A stretch of DNA of 64,000 nucleotides from NCBI RefSeq assembly GCF_963921235.1, contig NC_086108.1, positions 23,684,001-23,748,000 of the forward strand, given 5' to 3'. The notes below the pieces were generated by a model. It saw only the letters and a list, made by a program, of their open reading frames with translations. It searched no databases and was not told where the DNA came from. Of the stretch, positions 13,244-25,979 are shown piece by piece. Each line of letters begins with the position of its first letter. The first letter of the stretch is position 1. Source of the stretch: Mobula hypostoma. Lineage: Eukaryota. The translations under genes and the position numbers were made by a program.

Positions 13244-13562
13244 TATCAGGCCTGTACAGGTAGGCACCTCCATTTCCACCCAGCTAACAGGAATCACCTA
13301 CCACTCATTTCCAACTCACCACCTGCAGCCTATTTAAATCCAGCTCTCACCCACAGCGCTTGTTCATTCATTGAACCAGCCAGCCTCCTTACTTGCTCCT
13401 AGCCTTCAGTTAATTTGTTGCCTTGACATGTTAAGTACCTATTCTCTCTTGTTTTGTGCCCCCCATGGCTTGTTAATTTGTAGTGTATTAGTGAAGTATT
13501 GTTTACTGCTAAATCATCTCCACTGCTCTTCTTTGGGTCAAACCTCCTCTCCCTTGCTGACA
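13244..13562 (+). mobile_element. Probable solo LTR (about 320 bp)
   Basis: Termini tatcagg...gctgaca form an imperfect TG..CA inverted pair. Flanks atatt (13239-13243) and acatt (13563-13567) look like a 5-bp TSD with one mismatch. TATA-like tatttaaa at 13331. Confidence 0.5.
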
Positions 13563-13799
13563 ACATTGTCCCCTCTATCCCAGGACAAGCTCAGACAGAA
13601 TACAGAAATCTATATGAAAATTCAAAAAACTGCAAAGACTGGAAGTCTGAAACAAAAAACAGAAATGGCGAAAGACCTCAACACCAGACTGCATCTTTGG
13701 GAAGAGAGTCAATGTTTTGAGATCACAGGTGTTGCCTGACCTGCTGAATATTTCCATATTTTCTGCTTTTTGTCTCAATAGCCTTTAATACTTCTGGAT

Positions 13800-14110
13800 G
13801 ACCATTCCGGAGCTCTCATGCTGGATTCCCATCTTCAAGAAAACCAAAACCTTTCCTTTTTGTGTATTAACTATCTTTCACCCATTACCCATTGTACTCG
13901 TTGCCCAAGTCTGACTACACTTCTAGGATAAAGTTCTCATCCTTGTTCCCAAACCTCTTTGTGCCCTCCTCTTCCCTCATTTCAGCCTCTTCCTGCAGTG
14001 TTCTGGGTTTGATATGTCTGCCTCCCTTCAGTGCTGCCCTCATTTAGAATCCCACTATCCAGGGCATCGGGTTTGCTTCCAGAATTGTACCTGCCTCTTA
14101 AAATCTCCTC
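13800..14110 (+). mobile_element. L2-like LINE 3' remnant
   Basis: tcacccattaccc...aaagttctcatccttgttcccaaacctc resembles the L2 'HITP..FKILILVFK' region. Confidence 0.45.
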
Positions 14111-15639
14111 TTCTTTGGAATAAAAACAAACAAGTATCTCACTCCCCTGAACACTCAGTTCAATAGCTCACTGTCACATTGTTCAATAGTGCTTCAGTGC
14201 GTCATAAAGAACTGAAGCAGACTTTGGCCCACAGTTTCTATGCTGACCAGCAAGCACCCATCTATACCAAAACCATTTCCCAGCATTCTATGCATAGCTT
14301 TTCAAAAGCTCCCCTCAATTAGTCAGTATTCTCATCTTCCCCATCAACCAAGCCCTCCCCCAGGCAATGAATTTTCAGATTTCAAGATACAACCAATCTT
14401 CCTCAAATCCATCTAACTCTCCTTCTCCTTACCTTAAACTAATGCCTCTTGTACATTTGAACCCAACGATTAAAACTGCTGAATAAAAGAAGAAAGCACC
14501 CTACTAGAGACATTCCCCTTGCTCTGTCTATCTTGCCCTCACCTGCTCTGCCACTGAAAACTTACTTGTTTTCTCTCTAAATAGCTCTGATGGAAGGCTT
14601 TCGAACATTGTTTAACTGTTTTTCTCTCTTCACAGGTTCATCTGACAGAATGCCTCAATATTTTCTGTGCATTATTTCAAGAGCTTTCTCTTGACAACTA
14701 TCACAAGTAGGGTCTTCCATTGATACTTGACCAATTTAGCTTAAAACATAAAGCATATAGAAGATTTACTGATGAAGTAATTTTTAGTAATGAGATTTCT
14801 GTTCTGAGTTACCTTTTTGAATGGATTTGGTGCATTGACTGCAATTTAACTTGCTGTTTGAGTGGATTTGCTTCTACAAAAAAATACTTGGACACATCTG
14901 CGTCAGCCAGTCAATTGTCACAGAATGAGAGCCTCATTTGCTACATCTATTGCGAGACAAGACGATTCTGATTTATGCAAAATATCAAGTTAGTGAGTAA
15001 ACATCTGAAAGCAGGGACTGAGATATAATTCATTAAGTGCATGAGTGTATGATTTGTTTTCAGGGTTTGTACTTTGAAATGGTTCAGGGACACTCTCTGA
15101 AGCCCTCATCAGTTCTTGATGAATTCTATGATGAATAAAATATGCCGTTAACATTCATTTTTGACTCATTTTCAAAAGGCGCTCCTGAAAAATTAAAATG
15201 CTGTTTGGACAAATTCATTGGCTGTGGGAACACAAAGAAGTGCCAAAATAGAACTGCCAGCTATTATTTGTCTGATTCAGCTTTATAATTGAGTGCCTGG
15301 ATTTTAAAAAACTCAGCCATTAATGGTAATTGGTTTTATATGATGTAAAAATAAATAAAAAGACTCAACTTGCGTCCCTTCATGGAGTTTTCTACTATTT
15401 CTTCATCATCCTGAGCCACACTCCATCACCTCTGTGTCGCTATGGTGACATCACACTAAACACTCTCTATTGTCCACATCATACCCTCTCCATTTGTTGT
15501 GTAATCTCTCTCCTCTCTGTTCTATCAAACTAGCATTACTTGCTTGCATTGCCTGTTGAATACTGCCTCCCCCTTGAAATCAAGCCTCCCTTCTCAGTAG
15601 ATCTTTTGGTATAGAAGACTGGAAGGTGAGAAAGACGAT

Positions 15640-17040
15640 CAGTGGGATGAGAGGCCAGTGGGAAAGAGAGAGGGGTGTGAGAGGGGACAGTGGGGAGAGA
15701 GACGGTGAGGAAAGGGGACAGTAGGGAGAGAGACGGAGTGAAAGGGCAGTGGGGAGAATGACAGGGAGTAAAAGGACAATGAGGAGAGAGACAGTGGAGA
15801 GAGGCATGTGGGGAGAGAGACAGGGATGATAGCACAGTGGGGAGAGAGACAGTGGAAAGAGATGACAGTGGCAAAAGTGGACAGTAGAGAGAGGGCAGTG
15901 GGGAGAAGGGACAGTGGAGTGAGAGGACAGGGGGAGGGGTGAGTATTGAGAGGGGAGAGTGGAGGGAGAGGACGGTGGGGAGATGGGACAGTGGGGAGAG
16001 AGGACGGTGGGGAGAGGGGACAGTGGAGGGAGAGGGGACAGTGGGAGAGGGGACAGTGGGAGAGGGGAGAGTGGAGGGAGAGGGGAGAGTGGGGAGAGAG
16101 GACGGTGGGGAGAGGGGACGGTGGGGAGGGGGAGAGTTGAGTGAGAGGATGGTGGGGTGAGAGGACAGTGAGGAGAGGGGAGAGTGGGGAGGGAGGACAG
16201 TAAGGAGGAGAGTGGCAAGAGGGGACGTTGGGGAGAGGAGAGAATACGGAGGGGGCGATGGAATAGGAGGACTGTGGAGAGAGTGGACAGTAGAGTCAGA
16301 GGACAGTGGGGAGAGGGGACAGTGGAGTGAGAGAATAATGGGGAGAGGGGATGGTGGGGAGAGGGGATGGTGGGGTCAGGGGACAGTGGGGTCAGGGGAC
16401 AGTGGGTATAGGGGACAATGGGGAGAGAAGAGTGGGGAGAGGAGAGAGTAAGGAGGGGGTGATGCAGTGGGAGGACTGTGGAGTGAGTGGACAGTAGAGT
16501 CAGAGGATAGTGGGGAGAGAGGATGGTGGGGAGAAAGGACGGTGAGGAGTGTGGACAGTGGGGAGAGAGGACAGTGAGGAGAGAGGACGGTGGGGAGAGA
16601 GGACAGTGAGGAGAGAGGACGGTGGGGAGAGTGGACAGTGAGGAGAGAGGACGGTGGAGAGAGTGGACAGTGAGGAGAGTGGAGTAAGAGGACGGTGGGA
16701 GAGTGGACAGTGAGGAGAGAGGACCGTGAGGAGAGAGGACCGTGAGGAGAGGGGAGAGTGGAGTGAGAGGGGACGGTGGGGAGAGAGGATGGTGAGGAGA
16801 GGGGATGGTGGAGAGCGAGGACAGTGGGGAGCGAGGACAGTGGGGAGAGGGGATGGTGGAGAGAGAGGACGGTGAGGAGAGTGGACGGTGGGGAGCGAGG
16901 ACAGTGGGGAGCGAGGGACAGTGGGGAGAGACGGTGGAGTGAGAGGACAGAATGGGGTAGAGGTGATGGAGGGGTGAGGGTGCTGGGAAGAAGGACAGGG
17001 TATAAAGAGGAGGGTGAGGACAGAGGACATGTGAGGAGAG
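15640..17040 (+). repeat. Purine-rich minisatellite with a unit of about 16 bp (GGACAGTGGGGAGAGA-like)
   Basis: Dozens of imperfect gacagtggggagaga / gacggtggggagaga units. They produce the Pro/Ser/Leu and Gly/Glu/Arg low-complexity ORFs in the track. Confidence 0.95.
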
Positions 17041-18549
17041 AGGTTACAAAAGAGAATCCCAAAGTATGGAATAAAAGATATAAGTTGAATTACAGAATAA
17101 GATTTGGAGGGGGTATTGTCTGTCATGGAGAAAGGAAGGGGAGGGTGAAGGGATTTTAAAGGAGCAAATCACCCGGCACCTTGCATGTGCAGTGAGGTAG
17201 GGCCATTCTTTCATTGCTTACAGACAGATGTGATGCTCAGAATAAGTTCAGAACCTACCTCGTGCATTATCATATAAATGAACGGATGGTTGAGATTGTT
17301 TCTTGAAGTCAAATTAAATCTTCATAATATCATAGCAGGAACCATTCAACAACACAATTACTATCTGCAATATCATCAGCATTACTGACTTGTTCCAATT
17401 TCCCTACCCTGAGTGTACACATGAAAGCAATAATACACTAACAGGAATTATTTTACAAATTACCCTTTGGGATGTAAACTACTGAAGTGGATATTTCCAT
17501 CACTGAAAGGTAAGTATTTCTAATCTGACCATCTTGCCTCTCCTGACCTCTCCTGAAGGCACCATCTCATTCCACTGCAGACCAGAGGTCATCTCGTGCA
17601 CCTCAAGGTTGTTGAATGCCAAATGTAGACCCAAATAATGGGTGCTGGCAGCCCATCAGGTCTTATGGGATCACCAAGTTATTTTCTCTTGATAAATATC
17701 AGGAATGAGATCCCTGGGCCTCCGCACATACTGAATTACCACTGAGCTTTGCAACTTCATATAAAACTGTAGCACAGTGGGTAGAGCATTTATCGAGGGT
17801 GTGCCTTTGACTTCACTTCAAAGCAGGGTCCTAATTGGCAGAGAGGCTGGAGTAATAAACAACATCTGTATCTTATTCTACAAACTTTACATGGAATATC
17901 AACACAGTGTTGCACAGTTGAACTGCAGACTGTTTATAGCTGGCATCTGAAGTACCCAAGTAGATGATTAATCCAGCCTACTCACATGTGGAAGACATTA
18001 TTTCCTCAACTGTATCAAGGATTGACTCTAATGTTACCAGATCATGCATCTGGGGAAGGTCCTTATCAGAGCTAGTTTAACTGTTTTTGTACTCTGGAGA
18101 AAAGAAAATCTTTTAAAACAGGGGAAATGTTCCTCCTTTCATCTGACCAGTTGCACCTTTGTACATAGTGGCAATATCACTCACCATCTTTCTTCACCAA
18201 AAGCAGATTTACTTCCTTCCTGAATCAATCTGTAGCTATCCATGCTATAAACCTTCTCCTGGTTTATTCACTGATAACGCCACTAATTATTCACTAAAAC
18301 AGTGAGTAAAGTTAACTTGCCATCCCACTTAGCTCTGAACAACATCTCATTTCCTGAATCACTCCCAATATACCTCCTTTCTTTGAGACCCATTCTCAAC
18401 TTTGTTGCTGGTTGCTGGTGACATTTAAAGATTTTGTGATTTAGACTGGAGAGTGGACAAACGAGTCAATGGGCAGGATCAGTGTGAGGGGCACAGTAGA
18501 AAGCAATGAACACACAATGTGATGTTAGTGGGAGCATGGCCTTATCCTG

Positions 18550-19871
<1,322 letters not shown>

Positions 19872-21374
19872 TCTTCAGACAATTCTGAAATTGAAACTAG
19901 GCACGTCATAATCAGCTGAAAACTCATTAACGGACATCAAGCACGATTAAAAATGAACGTATTTTTAGCCACAAACAGATTGTTTTGAATTCTTCACTTC
20001 TTGCTGAATTCTTCTGATTTCTTGTACTTTGATGTGCCGTGAGAGGAATGTGGAAATGCCCAGTGTTGGTTGCTTTCAATTCATGCAGTTTAATACTGAA
20101 GCAAACATTCATGTTACTCCCAGCAGCAAAAAATTCAAGAACTCTTATGCACTTTAAACACAACACCCATTGCATGTAAGATTACTGAACACTTCCTTCA
20201 TTACTGTTTTCTTCATTTCTCTTTCCTTTTCTTTCATTATCACTCAATTTGCTGGACAATTGTCTCTTTTATCATGATATTAAGTCACATTTTTAAAACA
20301 TTTCTTGATGATTTTGTTGATTACCCCTCCCACAATACATTTTCAAGGGACAAGCAAGTTGATTTAAGAGAAAGGTATTGTGATTAGGAACCATTTTGCC
20401 TAGTATCTGATGAGAAGCCTGGATACTGGAGATTGTATCAACAACAGAAATGAACGGCTTCAAAGCTAGCAGCCATTCCACAATACAACAATACTTGGGT
20501 TATTACTACATGGTTACATTTTGGTAACAACATATTCTGCGCCACTGATGAGAAGATTTGAAGCATGAACAATGTTTAGAAGTTTCCTCATTTGTAAGGA
20601 TGTTAAAAGAAAGGCAATGTTTCAAATGGAAGATGAAAGAATTTCAATTCTGTAATGTGTGGAGATTGTTCTGTAACAAATCAGACATGGTAAATACATA
20701 TCTAAAAGATGCCTGATACATTGGACTAGAGCATGTTGAGCTGCTCACATTTGATACTGGTATATGCCTGAGCTACAGAGGAATCCATGGTGTTGACTTG
20801 ACAGTAAATGCTATCCTCGTCCAAAATGGCAGCTATCTGGTATGAGCAAGATGAGGGCAACAGTGTACTGGCAACACGAAGGACTAACTGCCAGAGTTCA
20901 GGATCACTAAGTTTGAATCTTACCAAAGCAGCTGGGAATCGGTTTAACTTCTCGGCATTAAATAAAGCTGAATTAAAGAACCTTGAAACTGCTGGATTGT
21001 TGTAAAAATGCATCTGGTTCCTAATATGCTCCAGGAAGACAATCTGCCCTCCTCAGCCAATCCGACTAACGTGTGTCTCAAAGAACCAATACACCTGATT
21101 GTTACAGCCCCCACGGTTGAATAGACAAGATATACTAATATTGCCAGTGAAGCTCACATTCTAAGAATGGATTAAAAAGTGTGTCGGCCGAACAGCCAGA
21201 ACAACCTTGACAGCAAGTTTGGTGACTGTTTACACTGTCAAAGATTTTAAATATTTCTAAATATCCTGGTTATTCAGAAATATGTAAAAGCATTACAACG
21301 CAGTTAGATTACAGTATGTAAAAGAAGTGTTCTTAATTAAACCATTAAAGAAAGCTAGTCTGAACACACGTAAA

Positions 21375-21630
21375 GATCCAAGATTAGGATTGTGCTGGGC
21401 AGCTTGTAAGTGTCACCATGCTTCCGGCGTCAACATAACATACCTACATCTCACTAACCCTAATCATTGGACTCTGGAATGTGAAAGGAAACCAGAGCAC
21501 CCAGAGGAAACTCACATGGTCACAGGGAGAAGATACAAACTCTTTAATGGCAGCTGCAGGAACTGAACACCAAATCAACATCGCAGGCACGCAATAGTGT
21601 TACGCTAGCCGCTACCCTACCATGCCACCC
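21375..21630 (-). mobile_element. tRNA-derived V-domain SINE
   Basis: aggaaaccagagcacccagaggaaactcac is the reverse complement of the V-SINE core. The tRNA-like head is gggtggcatggtagggtagcggctagcgtaac on the minus strand. Confidence 0.75.
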
Positions 21631-21634
21631 ATCT

Positions 21635-22005
21635 GACCTTTTTCTTAAGGGAGGGGAACTAAAAACTAGAAGGCATAGGTTCCAAAGTGTGGTGAAAACT
21701 TTCAAAGAAATCCGAGGGGGATGTAGGGTTGTGCGTACAGGAATTGAGCTGCCAGAGAAAGTACTTGAGGTAGGAAAAATAACAACATTCAAAAGGCATG
21801 TGGATAACTACATACATAGAAATGATTTAGAACAGAAATTCCCATCCTGGGCTCCATTGACCTCTTGCTTAATCGTATTGGTCTATGCTATAAAAAAGGT
21901 TGGGAGCCCCAACTTAGAAGGATATTGGCCGAACGCGGGGAAATGGAACTAGCTTGGTGGGCACCATGGGGGTTGGCAAGGTTGGGCTTATGGATCTATG
22001 ACTCA
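21635..22005 (+). mobile_element. CR1 3' fragment, interrupted by a MITE
   Basis: aaaactagaaggcatagg, ELPEKVLEVGKITTFKRHVD and gggaaatggaactag. Confidence 0.7.
21833..21911. mobile_element. hAT (Charlie-like) MITE, about 80 bp
   Basis: Degenerate TIRs cagaaattcccatcct and aggttgggagcccca; 8-bp TSD atttagaa (21825-21832) and acttagaa (21912-21919). Confidence 0.7.
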
Positions 22006-23749
22006 ACTGCAGCTGAACTCTAGGCAACATCAGAAATGGACTCAAACAACTATGGAACTTTAAATTCACGTAAGGATGTGAACTTCCTGAGAGTTACGAA
22101 TGTTGGGCAAGTTCAGCCCCACACTGCCAGCATTTCCCAGCAAGTTGCAGCCTGCTGTATGTTTACTGCACTTGTTGCAGTGTTGGAAACGAATGTTTAT
22201 GCTTTCATCTGGCATTGATTTCATCAAAAGCTTTAATTAAGTTACATTAAGCAAATTTACAACTTTCAAATATCACTGTCGAAACCCATATGACATGTTA
22301 TAATGTATTTGATTAATCTCTTGTGATCCTTGTGCTAAGCTTATCCAGGGTATGTGCACCATTGTGGTGAAATGCAAAGCTCTCTTGCACATCAAGAGCT
22401 AAGGCACTGCTGAGCTATGAAGATCAGAATCATCTAGTTATTGCATTTCTGTACTAACGCTCTATGACTATCTCTGATTTGGCAGGTATTTTCACCATTG
22501 GGTAGAGACTGACGAGGGGCTGATACTCCACTTGTCCCATCGCCCAGTATCACCCCACCCTTTTCAAAATATCCTTCTCGCCTTTTCTCACACGTCTTTA
22601 CCAAGGTGGCCCAAAATGCCTTTTTTGGATTTATCTCAAGGGACTCTGTTGGAGGGAGTGATTTCCACACACTTGTCACTCTCTGTGAGTAGGAGATTCT
22701 CCAAAATCCACAACTAGATTCAATTTTATGTATACTGTTCCTGCTGCTGGACCAACCCACTGGGATAAAAACCCTCCATATCAGATCACCCACAGGGCTC
22801 TCTCTTTTGGAGAACTGATCACATTACGCGTATCATTTACACACATAAAAAATAGGTTTAGTGTGGATGGATGCTTGACAGTCATTTTGACACATGAACT
22901 GAAGGTTTATTCTGTGCTGTTAGACTCCATGAAGAAAATTAGGAGCAAGACTAGGCCCACTCAGCTTCTCATAACTGTTCCACCATTTGATAATGACTAA
23001 CCTCAGCTCTGCATTCTTGTTTGTCCACTGAAATGGCGACATCATTGCTGGACAAACATCAATCCAGCTCTGTCTTATAAACATTCAAATGCTTTGCTTC
23101 CATTGCCCTTCAAGGAACAGACTCCCAAACACTCACAATCCCTCAGAGGAAAGAACTCACCTTTTCGCTGTTTTGAATGGGTAATCCCGTAGTTCAAAAC
23201 TGCTCTTTTCCCAAGTTCTCCTGGAAGAGGAGACATCCTTTCCACATCCACCCTGTTGAGAGCCTGCAATAACTTATCAGATTTGATCAAATCACCTGTC
23301 ACTCTTCCAAACTCCAGTAGATACAAGCCTAGCCTGTCAAAGGTCAATTTGCACATTGCTGATATTAGTCTTCTAAGCCTTCTCTTTCAACACATTAGCT
23401 CCCATCTTAAAAAAAGTACTACTCCAGATGTGGTATCATCAATACCTGAATAAATGAAGCATACCTTCTACACCGAAGCATACCTTCCCTAGTTTTGTAT
23501 TTAATTCCCCCAGATGATAACATTCTAATAGTTTTCCTTACTACTTGTTGTGCCGGAATGCTATTTATTGAGATACAGTGTGGAATAGGCCTTCCCAGCC
23601 CCTCGAGCTGTGCCACCCAATCACAGGACAATTTATAATGACCAATCAACCTCCTAACCATTACGTCTTTAGACTGTGGGAGAAAACCAGAGCACCCTGA
23701 GGAAACCCACGTGGTTGTGGGATGAACCCAAGTCGCTGGTACTGTAAAG

Positions 23750-24538
23750 CAGCAGTCCCCAACCACCGGGCCGTGGACCAGTATCGGGCCGCAAAACATG
23801 TGCTACCAGACCGCGAGGAAACGATACGAGTCAGCAGCACCTTTCCTCATTCCCTGTCACGCACTGTTGAACTTGAACATGGGGTTGCCAACTGCCCCGT
23901 ATTTGCCGGGACATCCTGTATATTGGGCTAAATTGGTTTGTCCCATACAGGACCGCCCTTGTCCCGTATTTCCCCCGCTAAAGTAGAGCTTTCCTATGAA
24001 ACCTTTCGTGCCGAAATGGCGTGAAGCGAAGAAGCAGCTATCATTAATTTATATGGGAAAAATTTCTGAGTGCTCCCAGACCCAAAAAATAACCTACCAA
24101 ATCAAACCACATAAAACCGAAAATAAATAACAGTAACATATTGTAAAAGCAGGAATGATATGATAAATACACAGCCTATATAAAGTAGAAGTAATGTATG
24201 TACAGTGTAGTCGGGAAGATGAAGGCAAAACCGATTTGTGGGAAAAAAAATCGACACGTACGCGCATGCGCATGTCATGCGCACGCAGGTGCCCGCGCAG
24301 GGCTTCATGGTCATAGTAGTCTTTCCTGGGGTAAAGTGTCCCGGGATTTGACTGCTACTTTTGTCCTTTATTTGGGAGTGAGAAAGTTGGCAACCCTAAC
24401 TGTAAAAGACTTGTTCTGGTGAGTTTAACCCTTTAACCCTACTTGAACACCTCCCCCCCCCCCCCCCGGCTGGCCGGGCCGCAAGAATATTGTCAATATT
24501 AAACCAGTCTGCGGTGCAAAAAAGGTTGGGGACCCCTG
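23750..24538. mobile_element. Non-autonomous hAT (Charlie-like) transposon, composite
   Basis: TIRs cagcagtccccaacc and ggttggggacccctg; perfect 8-bp TSD ctgtaaag at 23742-23749 and 24539-24546. Confidence 0.92.
23880..24441. mobile_element. Inner non-autonomous hAT element
   Basis: TIRs tggggttgccaact (23880) and agttggcaacccta (ends 24398); subterminal tcccgta/cgggac repeats; perfect 8-bp duplication cttgaaca at 23872-23879 and 24442-24449. Confidence 0.85.
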
Positions 24539-24677
24539 CTGTAAAGCATTGTGCTAACCACTACACTACTGCGCTGCCCCAGCCATGCACTTGAACTCAG
24601 ACCCCAGATCACTCTGCATCTCAACATTATACGATGATCTCATCAGTTCAGTCATGTGTGTTTAAATTTCCCAGACA

Positions 24678-24965
24678 ACACAGTGGCATGGTAAGATAGA
24701 GCTTTTGCCACAGCTCCAGTAACTTGAGCTCAGTCCGGATCTTATGAGGAATTGGCATGTGTCTGTAGGTTCTTCCAAGTGTTCTGGAATTCTCCTACAT
24801 CTAGAAGATGAGCTGGCTGGCTGGTATATTTGGTGGGAGAAGAATCAGGGTGGAGTTAATGGGCATATGTAAGCAACCAAGTAACAGAAAAATAAGCAAG
24901 GAAATGGGATTGATTGGATTACATAGAAGCTGACATGGTTTGGTTGGGCTGAAAAGCCTCCATTT
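24678..24965 (+). mobile_element. Decayed tRNA-derived SINE
   Basis: cacagtggc...gccacagctccagtaacttgagctcagtcc head, degenerate V core, and CR1-like tail gttgggctgaaaagcct. Confidence 0.5.
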
Positions 24966-25004
24966 ACATTTCACAGGGGTCAAATTGATACTGCTTCATT
25001 TCAT

Positions 25005-25976
25005 GGTAGGTATCAATGATTTGGAGTGACAGAATTGGTAGCTTTGGAGTGGCCAGGTTTGTGGATGAAGGAAAGATAAGTAAAGGGGCAGGTAGTGTTG
25101 AGGAAGCAGGGGGTCTGCAGAAGGAGTTAGACAGATTAGTAGAATGGGCAAAGAAGTGGCAGATGAAATATAGTTCAGGGAAGTGTATGATCATGCATTT
25201 TGGTGGAAAGAGTAAAGGTGTAGACTATTTTCTAAATGGGGAGCAAATTCAGAAATCAGAGGTGCAAAGGGACCTGGGAGTACTTGTGCAGGTTTCCTTT
25301 AAGGTTAACTTGCAGGTTGAATCAGCGGTGTGGTAGACAAATGCAATGTTAGTATTCATTCAAGAGGACTACAATGTAAAAGAAAGGATGTAATGCTTTA
25401 TAAGGCATTGGTCAGACTGCACTTGGAGTATTGTGAGGCAGTTTTGGGCCTGTTAGCTAAGGAAAGATGTGCTGGCATTGGAGAAGATCGATAGGAGGAT
25501 CACAAGACTGATCCCAGGAATGAAAGGGTTAAAATATGAGGAGTGTTTGATGGCTCTGAGCCTGCACTCACTGAAGCTTAGATGAATGAGGGGAGTGGGT
25601 ATCTCATTGAAACCTATTTAACATGGAAAGGTTTGGTTAGAGTGATTGTGGAGAGGATGTTTCCAATAGTGGATGAGTCTAGGACCAGAGGGCACAGCCT
25701 CAGAATACAAGGACATCCATTTAGAATAAAGATGAAGAGGATTTACTTTAGCCAGAGGGTGGTGAATCAGTGGAATTCATTGTTACAGACAGCAATGGAG
25801 GCCGAGTTATTGTGTATACTGTAGTTAAACCAGATATTGATAGGTTCTTAATTAGTAAGGGTGTCGAAGGTTACAGGGAGAAGGCAGAATTTGGGTTGAC
25901 AGAGATAATAAATCAACCATGATAGAACAGCAGTATAGACTTGACAGGCTGAAAGGCCTAATTCTGATCCTATGTT
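25005..25976 (+). mobile_element. CR1-clade LINE 3' fragment
   Basis: ORFs 25016-25336 (RFVDEGKI...LQKELDRLVEWAKKWQM) and 25582-25824 (SRTRGHSLRI...FSQRVVNQWNSL); tail ggcctaattctgatcctatgt. Confidence 0.9.
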
Positions 25977-25979
25977 TGA

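Larger units (their letters stand above)
23555..24580 (-). mobile_element. tRNA-derived V-domain SINE, head split by a hAT insertion
   Basis: V core at about 23675-23710. The head reads ggcagcgcagtagtgtagtggttagcacaatg[ctttacag]taccagcgacttgggttc once the insert is removed, with A-box and B-box-like motifs on either side of it. Confidence 0.8.
22955..24625 (-). mobile_element. Old CR1 3' fragment hosting the SINE/hAT nest (CR1 parts about 22955-23552 and 24581-24625)
   Basis: Minus ORF 23075-23356 (RLGLYLLEFGRVTGDLI...RVDVERM). CR1 sequence resumes after the SINE (gaccccagatcactctgcatctc). Confidence 0.7.

Noticed and set aside
15536..17159. Long Pro/Ser/Leu-rich and Gly/Glu/Arg-rich ORFs of up to 228 aa
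   Set aside because: They are translations of the minisatellite, open in several frames on both strands because the repeat lacks stop codons.
17446..17516. Exon-like segment ending in aaagGTAAGT
   Set aside because: The acceptor has no polypyrimidine tract and the peptide is unrecognisable; it needs RNA evidence.
24547..24580. tRNA-like sequence (also about 21590-21630 and 49465)
   Set aside because: These are SINE heads; no complete cloverleaf is present.
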